A DNA stretch of 64,000 bases from Eremomyces bilateralis CBS 781.70 (lineage: Eukaryota), in the NCBI GenBank assembly GCA_010015585.1, contig ML975152.1. One strand, written 5' to 3'. Of the stretch, positions 63,149-64,000 are shown in pieces (positions within the stretch are counted from its first letter, which is position 1; every line of letters starts with the position of its first letter). The position numbers were made by a program, and so were the translations under genes. Below the pieces are notes generated by a model that was not told where the DNA came from, did not search any database, and saw only the letters and a list, made by a program, of their open reading frames with translations.

Positions 63149-64000
63149 CTAAGCACCGCCGCCCATCTCGATATTTTTGCCCTTGACGGACTTCCACTCA
63201 ACGAACGCAGCACCGACTATGCTGAAAACAGCCATAGCGACGCTCACGTACCAGGTTTGCGTCAGAGCGGAAGAGTAAGCCTCCAGAACCGGGGCCAGAA
63301 GCGCCTCGTTGAAATTTCGGACGGCAGACTGCAGGTCCGTCGCTCCGACACTGACGACCAGCTTCGGATCGATGCCGGGAACGCTTGCTAGGTTCTTGAA
63401 CAGCTGGTTGGTGAACACGTTCTGACCCACGGAGACGAAGAGGGCGCCGCCGAGCATTTGCGCGAACATCATCAGCGCGGTCGCGATGGGGATGTCGGGC
63501 CCGGGAAGGCTGGCTTGCACGGCAATCAAAGTCTGCTGCATCCCAAAGCCGACGCCGAAACCGAATAGCACTTGATAGCCGATCCAGGCGGGATGGGCGG
63601 TATGAGGGGTAAACGTGGTCAGCATTCCCGCGCCAACCGCCATGAGGATGGACGACAAGAACATGAAGGGGGTGTAGTAACCGACGACGGTGACAAGGAT
63701 GCCGGCTATGATGGAGAAGAGTACGAGGGAAAGAACCATCGGGATATTCATAATGCCCGATTTGACAGCGGAGACTCCCTTGATGGCTTGGAAGTAGATC
63801 GGGACCTATAACTGCGTCAGTATGTCGTCGGACCCTTTCGAGAGAACCAAATGCTCACATAAAAGATCAGGATGAAGAACGACGCGCCGAGACAGCCGCC
63901 AAACAAGGCCGAGCCCCACACATTCCGGTTCTTGAAAACGCGGGGTGGAATCGTGGCCCGTTCCTGCTTCCAGAACTGAATGCCGACAAAAGCAGCTATC
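63149..64000 (-). CDS. 14-TM MFS drug/toxin efflux transporter (DHA2, AflT-like), 3' part only
   Basis: FY|VPIYFQAIKG across an intron, GYYTPFM, WIGYQVLFGFG, GGALFVSVGQNVF, GATDL, EWKSVK; 5' end lies outside the window. Confidence 0.9.

Noticed and set aside
19931..64000. Secondary-metabolite cluster (HMG-CoA synthase, oxidase, methyltransferases, MFS)
   Set aside because: Genes are dispersed among housekeeping genes and no PKS, NRPS or terpene synthase is present; the MFS could border a cluster outside the window

Overview
Gene-dense, intron-containing DNA from a filamentous ascomycete (Pezizomycotina-type GT..CTRAY..YAG introns, mostly 45-150 nt). About 20 protein genes: ETR1 (partial), ISN1, MED17, MEC1/ATR, COX16, TAD2, an unknown single-pass membrane protein, ERG13, a Crh-type GH16, a sarcosine/fructosyl-amine oxidase-family flavoprotein, OMS1, GCV2, NTE1, ARP9, a stand-alone cellular reverse-transcriptase gene of the rvt class, an Asteroid/XPG-like PIN nuclease, palF/RIM8, an IRC20/SHPRH-like SNF2-RING helicase, a sphingolipid C9-methyltransferase and a partial MFS exporter. 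There is also one decayed, about 1.8 kb Fot1/pogo DNA transposon with TA-flanked TIRs. The most unusual block is 40.3-49.0 kb. It holds an intact, intronless, non-mobile RT-like gene whose first catalytic Asp appears replaced by Ile, a TATA-preceded 56-codon ORF divergent from it, a co-oriented structure-specific nuclease gene, and the transposon relic. Other signals read directly from the sequence are three consecutive microexons in ISN1, a dense PacC-site cluster upstream of palF, E-box and TGACA motif clusters, and a 5'-C-rich to 3'-G-rich skew along genes. All family calls come from recognising motifs by eye; no database search was run.
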